This document shows positions 1 to 7,091 of a stretch of DNA of 35,917 nucleotides, one piece after another. This DNA is from an uncultured Gammaproteobacteria bacterium (GTDB taxonomy: Bacteria; Patescibacteriota; Microgenomatia; 0-14-0-10-38-17). The stretch is taken from NCBI GenBank assembly GCA_964348895.1, contig CAYGEH010000001.1, forward strand, positions 72,676-108,592, read 5' to 3'. The translations under genes were made by a program, and so were the position numbers. Each line of letters opens with the position of its first letter. The stretch's first letter is position 1. Under the pieces are notes generated by a model. The model did not search any database and was not told the origin of the DNA. It was given only the letters and a program-made list of their open reading frames with translations.

Positions 1-135
1 ATAAAGCTGACTTAAGCGAAAGGCTAAATCAACTTCTTTTTTTGTTGTAATACAGCCACAAGAAGAAAGTGTTTGAGCGTTGGGTAAAACTGCCCAACCA
101 CAAGAAGCTAATCCTGGATCAATGCCTAAAACCAT
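1..135 (-). CDS. ruvC: Holliday junction resolvase RuvC, N-terminal 45 aa (runs off the window start)
   Basis: Not in the ORF track. Manual translation from the ATG at 135 gives MVLGIDPGLASCGWAVL...GCITTKKEVDLAFRLSQLY, the RuvC GIDPG N-terminal motif. TGtTATACT lies 10 nt upstream (146-154). Confidence 0.9.
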   Translation of the reverse strand, partial: MVLGIDPGLASCGWAVLPNAQTLSSCGCITTKKEVDLAFRLSQLY

Positions 136-231
136 AATAATTATTAGTATAACAAATAACAGTAAGAATCCGCCTCTACGTATGAAGTATAAGTAAAAAA
201 TAAAAAAACAATTCGCCCAAAGACAATAAAA

Positions 232-978
232 CTAGCGGGTAGTAATCTCCACGCTGGTAATAACTATCGGATCAACTGGCGAAGAATTTTCTCCCATCCG
301 ACTGGACCTAACTGGGGCGGTGGCAATCCGATCAACTGTTTCTATCCCCTCGACCACCCTGCCAAAAATAACATAATCAGGAGGAAGATCATAATCTTGA
401 TGAAGAATAAAAAACTGACTGCCATTGGTGTCAGGTCCGGCGTTAGCCATCGCCACTGTTCCTCGACTATATTGCCCCTCAAATGGCTCATCGTCAAATC
501 GATATCCTGGACCACCGCTCCCGTCGCCGTTAGGACACCCGCCCTGAATCATAAAGCCCCTAACTATGCGATGAAAAATAATTTCATTATAAAAACCCTG
601 ATTGGCCAAAAAGACAAAATTATTAACTGTTATTGGGGTATTTTGCTCTAATAAGTCAATTATAATTGTTCCCGCTGATGTGGTTAAGGTTGCAAGATAG
701 TCTCTGTTTTCATTAATGGCTAGCGGTGGTGGAGAGGAAAATGAGATTTGTTTTTCTTCGTTATTCACTTCTGTTTGGGTTGTTAGTTCTTGATTGTTAA
801 GATTTTCTGTCAGTGTTGATTGATTGGTGATCGGGTCAGTTTCGGTCAAAAGTCCTCCCCCTAGGGAATCATTTCCAGTTTCATTGAACAAGCGATTCGC
901 TCGGGGTCGATAAACAATTCCTAGGCCCACCAAAACTCCAAAAAAAATTAACCCCACCACTAACTTCTTTTTATTCAT
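232..978 (-). CDS. Cyclophilin-type peptidyl-prolyl cis-trans isomerase with N-terminal membrane anchor and T/N/E-rich linker
   Basis: FHRIVRGFMIQGGCPNGDGSGGPGY, GTVAMANAGPDTNGSQFFI, YVIFGRVVEG; hydrophobic helix at aa 6-22. Confidence 0.95.
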   Translation of the reverse strand: MNKKKLVVGLIFFGVLVGLGIVYRPRANRLFNETGNDSLGGGLLTETDPITNQSTLTENLNNQELTTQTEVNNEEKQISFSSPPPLAINENRDYLATLTTSAGTIIIDLLEQNTPITVNNFVFLANQGFYNEIIFHRIVRGFMIQGGCPNGDGSGGPGYRFDDEPFEGQYSRGTVAMANAGPDTNGSQFFILHQDYDLPPDYVIFGRVVEGIETVDRIATAPVRSSRMGENSSPVDPIVITSVEITTR

Positions 979-993
979 AAAAAATATTATTTT

Positions 994-1401
994 TTAGGAA
1001 CGCCTAGCTAACTTTGCTCTGTTAATAATTTCCATTAACTCGCCCTCTTCCGTCTCAATTACTTTTTCTCCAGTTAAATTTTGATATTGCCAAAGGTCTT
1101 CAGAAAGCGAACCCTCTAGTTCTTTTAAGGAAAGCCTAAGCTCTCCAACCTTTTCTTTCATTGTAACTACCGCTGGATCTTTTAAAATTTGCTGACGAGT
1201 GGCCAAATAAACTTTTTTGGTTTCCCTGTGTTTGGCCTCGTGGTCTTGATAAACAGGATCATTCTCGAAAGAGCTTTCAAACATTTCTCTTTGTTCTTTT
1301 AGCTTCTCCCTCGCCTCTTGAATTAAAGAGTATGTTCGCCTAATTTTAGCTTCCAAAACTAAGAAATCGGCTTTTTTTTGCTCGTCATCTTGATCAGCCA
1401 T
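994..1401 (-). CDS. Hypothetical charged, coiled-coil-like protein (135 aa)
   Basis: Long K/E/R-rich ORF. Start re-called to MADQDDEQ (1401) because TATAGT sits 7 nt upstream; the 12-codon extension in the track is probably spurious. Confidence 0.75.
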   Translation of the reverse strand: MADQDDEQKKADFLVLEAKIRRTYSLIQEAREKLKEQREMFESSFENDPVYQDHEAKHRETKKVYLATRQQILKDPAVVTMKEKVGELRLSLKELEGSLSEDLWQYQNLTGEKVIETEEGELMEIINRAKLARRS

Positions 1402-1459
1402 GGGTAAGACTATACAAAAAAAAATTTCATTTATCAAGAAGCTCTTTTATCTTCACGCC

Positions 1460-2329
1460 TTAAAGCACTCTACTGCTGGCTCTGTCTTGTTTTTTGATTT
1501 CAGGTAGAAAGTAAACACTATAACCAAAATCATCTTCGCCAACTGGCTTTGCTTGACCCCTAACAACCGCTTCCATTGGTAAACAAAAAAAACAACCCGA
1601 CTCTCCCTTGGGACAAGCAAAGCGGTCAAGTTGATAAGAAAGGCGAATTTCCTTGCCAATTTTAAGCAGCTTCTTGAGAGTTTGTTTCCGAGATGGTAGC
1701 TCAATTTCTTGAGGGTAATTTTGTCGATCTAAATACCAAAATGAAGCTTTCTTTACTGGTCTTTCCTGGCATTTTTCCGCAATTAAGCGGTAAATTGGTA
1801 GTTGCAGAGAATCTTCCTCTTCGCTTCCTTGTCCAGTTTTAAAATCAATAATTCCAACAGCGTTTTCTTCAGGAAAATATTCGAGCCAATCAATTTTGCC
1901 GCAAAGAATTAAATTATCTTTTTCTGACAACCAAAAGTGGGGTAAATCTAGGTTAATTTTAACCGCCAAGTTTACTAAAGGACCAGGGCTATTTGTTAAA
2001 CGAGCAATCATTTCTCTTCCTCTTTGCTTGTAGCGATTTTCTGTTTCTCTGTTGTCAAATCCACCCCTGGGGCCAGAAAATTTCTCCCAAATTCGATCAA
2101 ATCGAGCCATTAAGGGCAAAGCCAATCGCTCGTCTTTGGGCAAAACAGAAATCTCTTCAAGCACCTCGTGGAGTACTTGTCCCAAAGTAAGTGGAGCCGA
2201 AACCAGCTTTATTTTCCGACCAGTTTTAGGATCACGATAAATGTGTTTTAAAAAATAGGCTCGAGAACATTTTTGAAAATCAACAATTGAGGTGTGAGAC
2301 AACCAAGCGGCACTATAAGAATCAGCCAT
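1460..2329 (-). CDS. PD-(D/E)XK RecB/AddB/Cas4-like nuclease with putative 4-Cys Fe-S staple
   Basis: WLSHTSIVDFQKC...LGQVLHEVLE, GKIDWL...IIDFKTG, LQLPIY (QxxxY); one N-terminal Cys plus C-terminal CPKGESGCFFC. Confidence 0.88.
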   Translation of the reverse strand: MADSYSAAWLSHTSIVDFQKCSRAYFLKHIYRDPKTGRKIKLVSAPLTLGQVLHEVLEEISVLPKDERLALPLMARFDRIWEKFSGPRGGFDNRETENRYKQRGREMIARLTNSPGPLVNLAVKINLDLPHFWLSEKDNLILCGKIDWLEYFPEENAVGIIDFKTGQGSEEEDSLQLPIYRLIAEKCQERPVKKASFWYLDRQNYPQEIELPSRKQTLKKLLKIGKEIRLSYQLDRFACPKGESGCFFCLPMEAVVRGQAKPVGEDDFGYSVYFLPEIKKQDRASSRVL

Positions 2330-2336
2330 ATTTGTA

Positions 2337-2345
2337 ATTATAACA
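2337..2345 (-). promoter_or_regulatory. Extended -10 promoter (TGtTATAAT), 7 nt before the nuclease ATG
   Basis: Minus strand reads ctgtTATAATtacaaatATG. Confidence 0.7.
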
Positions 2346-2360
2346 GCAGATCTTTTTCTA

Positions 2361-2376
2361 TTTTTTTTTTTTTTTT
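2361..2376. repeat. T16 homopolymer
   Basis: 16 consecutive T at 2361-2376, immediately upstream of the nuclease promoter. Confidence 0.9.
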
Positions 2377-2444
2377 GCGAAAGAGCCTTTTGGTTTTTGC
2401 CAAAAATGTCCGTGATTTTTTAAAACAAAAGGTAAGGCTTTCTT

Positions 2445-2762
2445 TTAAGAACACTCTCCCTCAAAGTAATAAGCTACAGCCTCGTTTCGACAGGCAAAAC
2501 AACTATTACTATAAGTTTGATTATTGTTTCCGCAAACTGGCTGATAAATTTCAAAACAAACTTCCGCCCCTCTTTGTTCTTCATAACAAAAGACTGCTGT
2601 CTCGGTTGATGGGGTTTCGTCAATAAAAGAAGACTCATTATCCTCTCTGTTTGTCTCCCTTAGTGTTTCTTTTCTATTTAGGTTGCTAAAATTTAAACCC
2701 AAAATTACCAAAAGAAATAAAATCGCCAATAAAATTAATACTAATCGACTATTTTTGGGCAT
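2445..2762 (-). CDS. Membrane-anchored Kazal-type serine protease inhibitor domain protein
   Basis: N-terminal hydrophobic helix, then C-X9-C-X7-C-X10-C-X2-C-X12-C containing CFEIYQPVCGNNNQTYSNSC (Kazal PVCG..TYxNxC signature). Confidence 0.85.
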   Translation of the reverse strand: MPKNSRLVLILLAILFLLVILGLNFSNLNRKETLRETNREDNESSFIDETPSTETAVFCYEEQRGAEVCFEIYQPVCGNNNQTYSNSCFACRNEAVAYYFEGECS

Positions 2763-3420
2763 TATTTACCTCTTTTTTATAGCAAAAATAAGAATAAATT
2801 GTTAAAAAAATCGCTGACAAAAGCACTGGGACGATTACTAGCCAAAAACCAAGATCTGGTAAAAAAAACCCTCCCAGAGCGATTAAACCTGAAATCTTAA
2901 ACAATAATCCACCTAAGCTATGGGTTTTTTGCCAAACTAAATCTGAGCTAATTGTCCAAGGAGTTTTGACACCAATAAACCAATTTCGCTTGGTCTTTTC
3001 CAATAAAGATCCCGTTAACCAAAGTAAAATTGCAAAAGGTAAAACCATAAAATAAATCAGATTAAATCGCCAGCCCAAATTCCAAGCTAAAACCAAAAGA
3101 TGAAGATAAAGCAGAAACAGCAGTATCAAAACAATAAAGCCATCAAAAGGAGAGCGAAATTTTTTAATATTTTCCCTTAGAGGATCAATTCGGGGGATTA
3201 ACCAAAACAAACCAAGCATTATCAGGGCTATTATTGGAGACAAAAATAAACCCCAAAAGCGAGAAAGATAGCTATTGGGTTGACCTAAGTAATCCCAACC
3301 GGAAACCATTTTTTCTGGCATCCGAGAATAAAAAAGCCCCCCCAACAAGAACCCTAAAAACACCAGTAAAACCATTAACCAATTGACCCATTCTTTACTG
3401 TTCTTTCTTTTTCTTGTCAT
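2749..3420 (-). CDS. SdpI/YhfL-family membrane immunity protein (with DUF1648-like N-terminus)
   Basis: About 6 TM helices; RIDPLREN, KRNWFIGVKTPWTISSDLVWQKTHSLGG motif typical of SdpI. Confidence 0.85.
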   Translation of the reverse strand: MTRKRKNSKEWVNWLMVLLVFLGFLLGGLFYSRMPEKMVSGWDYLGQPNSYLSRFWGLFLSPIIALIMLGLFWLIPRIDPLRENIKKFRSPFDGFIVLILLFLLYLHLLVLAWNLGWRFNLIYFMVLPFAILLWLTGSLLEKTKRNWFIGVKTPWTISSDLVWQKTHSLGGLLFKISGLIALGGFFLPDLGFWLVIVPVLLSAIFLTIYSYFCYKKEVNNAQK

Positions 3421-3469
3421 TTCCTTAAATTAAAACAAAAAAAAGACTTGAAGGCAATTCTTTTTTTTA

Positions 3470-3478
3470 TGATATAAT
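3470..3478 (+). promoter_or_regulatory. Extended -10 promoter (TGaTATAAT) for the 3511 gene
   Basis: TGATATAAT at 3470-3478; TTGAAG at 3448-3453 (19-nt spacer); AGGA just before the ATG. Confidence 0.6.
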
Positions 3479-3510
3479 AACTAACTGTGGTTTTTAAAAA
3501 CCTATAGGAT

Positions 3511-4383
3511 ATGAATAATAAAGAGGTCTTATTATTTCCAGAGCAACAAAAATATTTTACTCAACGTGGTGAAGCCTTTGTCATCGGTGAAGACATCACA
3601 AAAAAATACCCAGATCAAATAGGGTTTTTAACCAATCAAGGCTTATGGAAAAACTGCCTAAGAAAACATCGAGGCGGTCTTGGTTTGGCCTTGCTCTTAG
3701 ATGCTGATAAACAAACTGGCTTTGTTTTTAACCCCAACAACCAACAAATAGAAAATATATTTTCTATTCAACAAGAATCATTACCCGAAACAATCGCTGG
3801 AGCCATTGTTGTTTGCCCCCGTTCCCCCAACAGCCTAGAGTCTATTTCCGCTAACCTAGAAAGCATCCTCCTTTTTCTTTCAGAAGATGCGCCAGTTTTT
3901 GCTTTTGAAGATTTCCCTGAAAAGAACAATATTGACAAATCGCAAATAACCCAAGAGGCTCAAGCAAGAAAAGAGGCTCTTTTAGACTTAGGATTAGCAG
4001 AAGCAAAAATCTTAACCAGGCCAACCCTACAAAAAGGCGAGAAAATAAACTCCTTTTTAGTTTGGCGAAGTCGAATGCCCAAAAACTGGCGACCAAGAAA
4101 ACCAATTAACCTTCTTGATGAGGGTCCGCTTTGGCGAAGAAGCTTAGTGGAAAACTCTTTGATAGGGGCGACAAGACAATACGAACGAGCAGGGCTTACC
4201 GTCTTGAATGATGACGAAATTAGAGAAGCCCTAAGAAAAACTACCTTTCCTCTTAATACTATTGGGCAGGCAAAAATGGCTTTTGGCTTTCAAGTTGAGG
4301 CGCGTTGTGGTTGTTGTTGGAGCATTGATCTAAAGGGGGTTCAGACAAGAACTTATCAGTGCGAACGAGATTGTCAAAGTTAA
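3511..4383 (+). CDS. Hypothetical protein, 290 aa, with C-terminal Cys cluster (RCGCCW...QCERDC)
   Basis: Long ORF with its own promoter, filling the gap between neighbouring genes; no family recognised with confidence. Confidence 0.75.
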   Translation: MNNKEVLLFPEQQKYFTQRGEAFVIGEDITKKYPDQIGFLTNQGLWKNCLRKHRGGLGLALLLDADKQTGFVFNPNNQQIENIFSIQQESLPETIAGAIVVCPRSPNSLESISANLESILLFLSEDAPVFAFEDFPEKNNIDKSQITQEAQARKEALLDLGLAEAKILTRPTLQKGEKINSFLVWRSRMPKNWRPRKPINLLDEGPLWRRSLVENSLIGATRQYERAGLTVLNDDEIREALRKTTFPLNTIGQAKMAFGFQVEARCGCCWSIDLKGVQTRTYQCERDCQS

Positions 4384-5549
4384 CCGATAACAACTGCTAT
4401 TGGTGTTAATTTAATTTCCATTTTAGCTAGTTGTTCTTGATTTCTAATCACTTTTTCAATATCTTTGTAAGCCCAAGGAGATTCTTCGGCAATATTTCCC
4501 TTTTTCACTTTTCCCAAAACAACCCCCCTATTTTCAATATCGGCTAAAACCATTTGGGGAGAATATTTTTTCTTGGCTTCGTTTCTTCCCATTGACCGAC
4601 CAGCACCATGGGCACAAGAAGAAAAGCTATCTTTATTCCCCAAACCTGTTCCAAGATAAGATGGGGTTCCTAAGCTTCCTGGAACAATCACCGCTTCTCC
4701 TTTTCCAGCTCGAATTGCTCCTTTTCGATGAACCCAAACCTGTTTACCAAAGTGGATTTCGCAGGCGGCATAGTTATGGTGAACATTAATTGTTTCGCTA
4801 AAATTAACAGAGCCAAAGATTTCTTCTAGAACCCTTTTGGCCTTAGCTAAAATCACCTGTCGGTTTTTCTGAGCAAACTCCATCGCCATTTCCATCGCTT
4901 CAATATAGGCCTCCGCCTCTGGTGTTTTGCTGTCAAAATAGGCTAAATCATAGTCTGGTAAGTCAAGGCCCTTGTGATAGCATTGTTTTTTTGCCATTTG
5001 ATGAAACAAGCTGGCGACAGCGTAACCAAAATGCCGAGAGCCAGTGTGAACCATCAAAGCTGCTTGACTCTGTTCGTCTTTTAATAAATCAACAAAATGG
5101 TTTCCTCCACCCAAACTCCCAAGCGATCTTTGGGCTCGATCAACTTCTCTCTCAAGCTCTGGCGGTAATAACTCTTTCCTTAAAAAAAGAGTTCCGGGCT
5201 GGGGTTGATCATAAACTCCAAATCCAATTGGAATTTCTCGCCTTATCTGGTTAACAAATCTTTCTAGATCGTTCATCTTAATCTTCTCAATTGGAATGTC
5301 GGTTCCGACATAAGCCATACCACAACCAATATCTACCCCAACCGCGTTGGGACAAATCGCTCCCTCCAGGGCCAGAACACCGCCAATGGGCATACCATAA
5401 CCAAGATGAGCATCTGGCATTAGGGCGACATGGTGATAGGCTGAAGGAAGATTAGCCATATTTTTGGCTTGCCTCAAACAGGTCTCCTCTAGTTCTTTTG
5501 GATCAGCAAAAACAAGCAGGGGAACTTTTTGATCTTTAATTATGATCAT
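4380..5549 (-). CDS. rtcB: RNA 3'-phosphate/2',3'-cyclic-phosphate ligase RtcB
   Basis: MPDAHLGYGMPIGGV, VGVDIGCGM, SLGGGNHF, HTGSR, HHNY, WVHRKGA, PGSLG, SCAHGAGR (guanylylated His motif). Confidence 0.96.
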   Translation of the reverse strand: MIIIKDQKVPLLVFADPKELEETCLRQAKNMANLPSAYHHVALMPDAHLGYGMPIGGVLALEGAICPNAVGVDIGCGMAYVGTDIPIEKIKMNDLERFVNQIRREIPIGFGVYDQPQPGTLFLRKELLPPELEREVDRAQRSLGSLGGGNHFVDLLKDEQSQAALMVHTGSRHFGYAVASLFHQMAKKQCYHKGLDLPDYDLAYFDSKTPEAEAYIEAMEMAMEFAQKNRQVILAKAKRVLEEIFGSVNFSETINVHHNYAACEIHFGKQVWVHRKGAIRAGKGEAVIVPGSLGTPSYLGTGLGNKDSFSSCAHGAGRSMGRNEAKKKYSPQMVLADIENRGVVLGKVKKGNIAEESPWAYKDIEKVIRNQEQLAKMEIKLTPIAVVIG

Positions 5550-5559
5550 AAGAAAGGCT

Positions 5560-6357
5560 TCACTTCTGTTCGTTATGCCAAAAGGTAATTATTTTCTCTC
5601 TGCGACTATCCAAGGATTCTTGGTTAATAATCCCCGCTCCGCTAATACAACCGCCTTCGCAATAAAGAATATCCAGTAATTTTATTTCTGGTTGACTAGA
5701 AAATTCCTGAAGTGTTTTCTCGACTAATTCTGGTCCAGAAATAACACTATATTCGGAATCAGTAAGCGTTTTGGTTAGTCCAGACGATTGGGCCAATCCT
5801 CCGGAAATCGGATAGAGCCTTGTGTGCGAGGCAGCAAGGTCAAAAGAATAATCTTGGTCGCTTTTTTGAGGAAAAATATTTTTAATTCTAAATATTTCCG
5901 CTATTTCTTGATAAGTTAAAACCACTATCTCTAGCTCCGCGTGGTCCTCTTTGGCTTCTAATTTCTTGGCAACACACGGACCAATATAGACTTTTCGATG
6001 ATTTGGATATTTTTCGGCGACTATTTTTGCCGTAGCGATCATTGGTGAATCAACTAAAGCTAGAAATGGAACAAGATCGGGGTATTTATTTTTAACTAAA
6101 CGAACAATCGTAGGACAAGGAGCAGTGATATATCTTTGACCAGGACTAAGTTTTAATAAATCAAGCAGTTGGCGATTGGTCTCCACCGCTCCGACCCCAA
6201 CCTCAACCACATGGCCAAAACCCAATCGCCTTAACATTCCAACAAACTCAGGATAAGAAAAATCAACCAGAAAAGATGGGGCAATCATCGCCACCATTTC
6301 CTCTTTTCTCTCCACAAATCCAAGAATTTCTTCTATTTCCGCAGTGTAATTGCTCAT
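5560..6357 (-). CDS. Stand-alone [FeFe]-hydrogenase H-cluster-domain protein (ultraminimal, 265 aa)
   Basis: IAPSF; P1 ITAPC81PT; DSPM; P2 GPC128VAK131KLE134; P3 DILYC233EGGC237ISGAG. No accessory ferredoxin domains. Confidence 0.88.
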   Translation of the reverse strand: MSNYTAEIEEILGFVERKEEMVAMIAPSFLVDFSYPEFVGMLRRLGFGHVVEVGVGAVETNRQLLDLLKLSPGQRYITAPCPTIVRLVKNKYPDLVPFLALVDSPMIATAKIVAEKYPNHRKVYIGPCVAKKLEAKEDHAELEIVVLTYQEIAEIFRIKNIFPQKSDQDYSFDLAASHTRLYPISGGLAQSSGLTKTLTDSEYSVISGPELVEKTLQEFSSQPEIKLLDILYCEGGCISGAGIINQESLDSRREKIITFWHNEQK

Positions 6358-6365
6358 AAATAAAG

Positions 6366-6881
6366 TCAGAGTCTGTTAATCTTTTTTAAAAAGAAATAGG
6401 CCAATAAACCACCAACTAAAGCGGTAAAAAGCTGCGACCAACCCATCATCAAGACTATTCTTTGGGCAACTTCTCTTTTACTAAATAAGCCAACCACTGT
6501 CATGCTGGAACTGAATAAGAAGAAGAACTTTAAAGTGCCGGCCACCACTACTCCTAGCCAATAATTGTCCTTCAAATAATTAAAAGCTATTACTAATATA
6601 GTGTTTCCCACCATGATAAAAGGAATCATTGGGGCTAAAACTGGAGGCAAAAGGCCAGTGGATAACGCGATTAGACTTGGGATCAAGCCAACTAAAATCC
6701 CCGCCTGAACACCCAAAAGAATAGTGGAAACAAATAGGGTAGCGTTAACAAGGGGACCAGTAATCGCCTGATGTCCAAATAAGGGCGCCAGGGTAGCAAC
6801 CCCCACTAAAATTACAAGCTGGGTTAGAAAAAGAATTCTTTCTTTGTCTAGTGTTAAAATTTTTGTTTTATTCATAAACAT
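6366..6881 (-). CDS. ECF-transporter S-component-like integral membrane protein (about 171 aa, about 6 TM)
   Basis: Size, hydrophobic pattern and the motif HQAITGPLVNATLF...GLIPSLIAL...GLLPP...PFIMVGN match my recollection of S-component families. Start re-called to MFMNK (6881, or 6875). Confidence 0.65.
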   Translation of the reverse strand: MFMNKTKILTLDKERILFLTQLVILVGVATLAPLFGHQAITGPLVNATLFVSTILLGVQAGILVGLIPSLIALSTGLLPPVLAPMIPFIMVGNTILVIAFNYLKDNYWLGVVVAGTLKFFFLFSSSMTVVGLFSKREVAQRIVLMMGWSQLFTALVGGLLAYFFLKKINRL

Positions 6882-6959
6882 TCTCGTTCTTGTTTTCTTG
6901 TTGCTATTTTCGCGTAAAATCAGCTGGCGCACTGTTTAAATAATTCAATCCGTGTTCTT

Positions 6960-6968
6960 ATTATGACA
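6960..6968 (-). promoter_or_regulatory. Probable extended -10 promoter (TGtCATAAT) for the S-component/hydrogenase/rtcB operon
   Basis: Minus strand reads gtgtCATAATaagaacacgg; implies a 5' leader of about 70-80 nt. Confidence 0.45.
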
Positions 6969-7091
6969 CAAAACTTCTATCTCTTAATTGGTTAGACTCA
7001 TAGATTTAGAAGTTTTTCACCTTGTAAATATGCACTCAATGGCTTCAAGTGTTCTATCCCCTTATATGATCTGTAATAAAAATAATTTTCA

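Noticed and set aside
1460-2329. CRISPR-Cas locus suggested by the Cas4-like nuclease
   Set aside because: No repeat-spacer array and no cas1/cas2 or effector genes were seen anywhere in the window.
5560-6357. A conventional group A fermentative [FeFe] hydrogenase, or a fragment of a larger frameshifted gene
   Set aside because: The proton-transfer Cys is absent, there are no F-cluster domains, and the flanks are occupied by intact unrelated genes 8 and 10 nt away, leaving no room for missing domains.
6882-6968. Known riboswitch (TPP, FMN, cobalamin, SAM, THF, preQ1) before the S-component
   Set aside because: None of the conserved cores could be matched by eye. It is kept only as an unclassified candidate leader.
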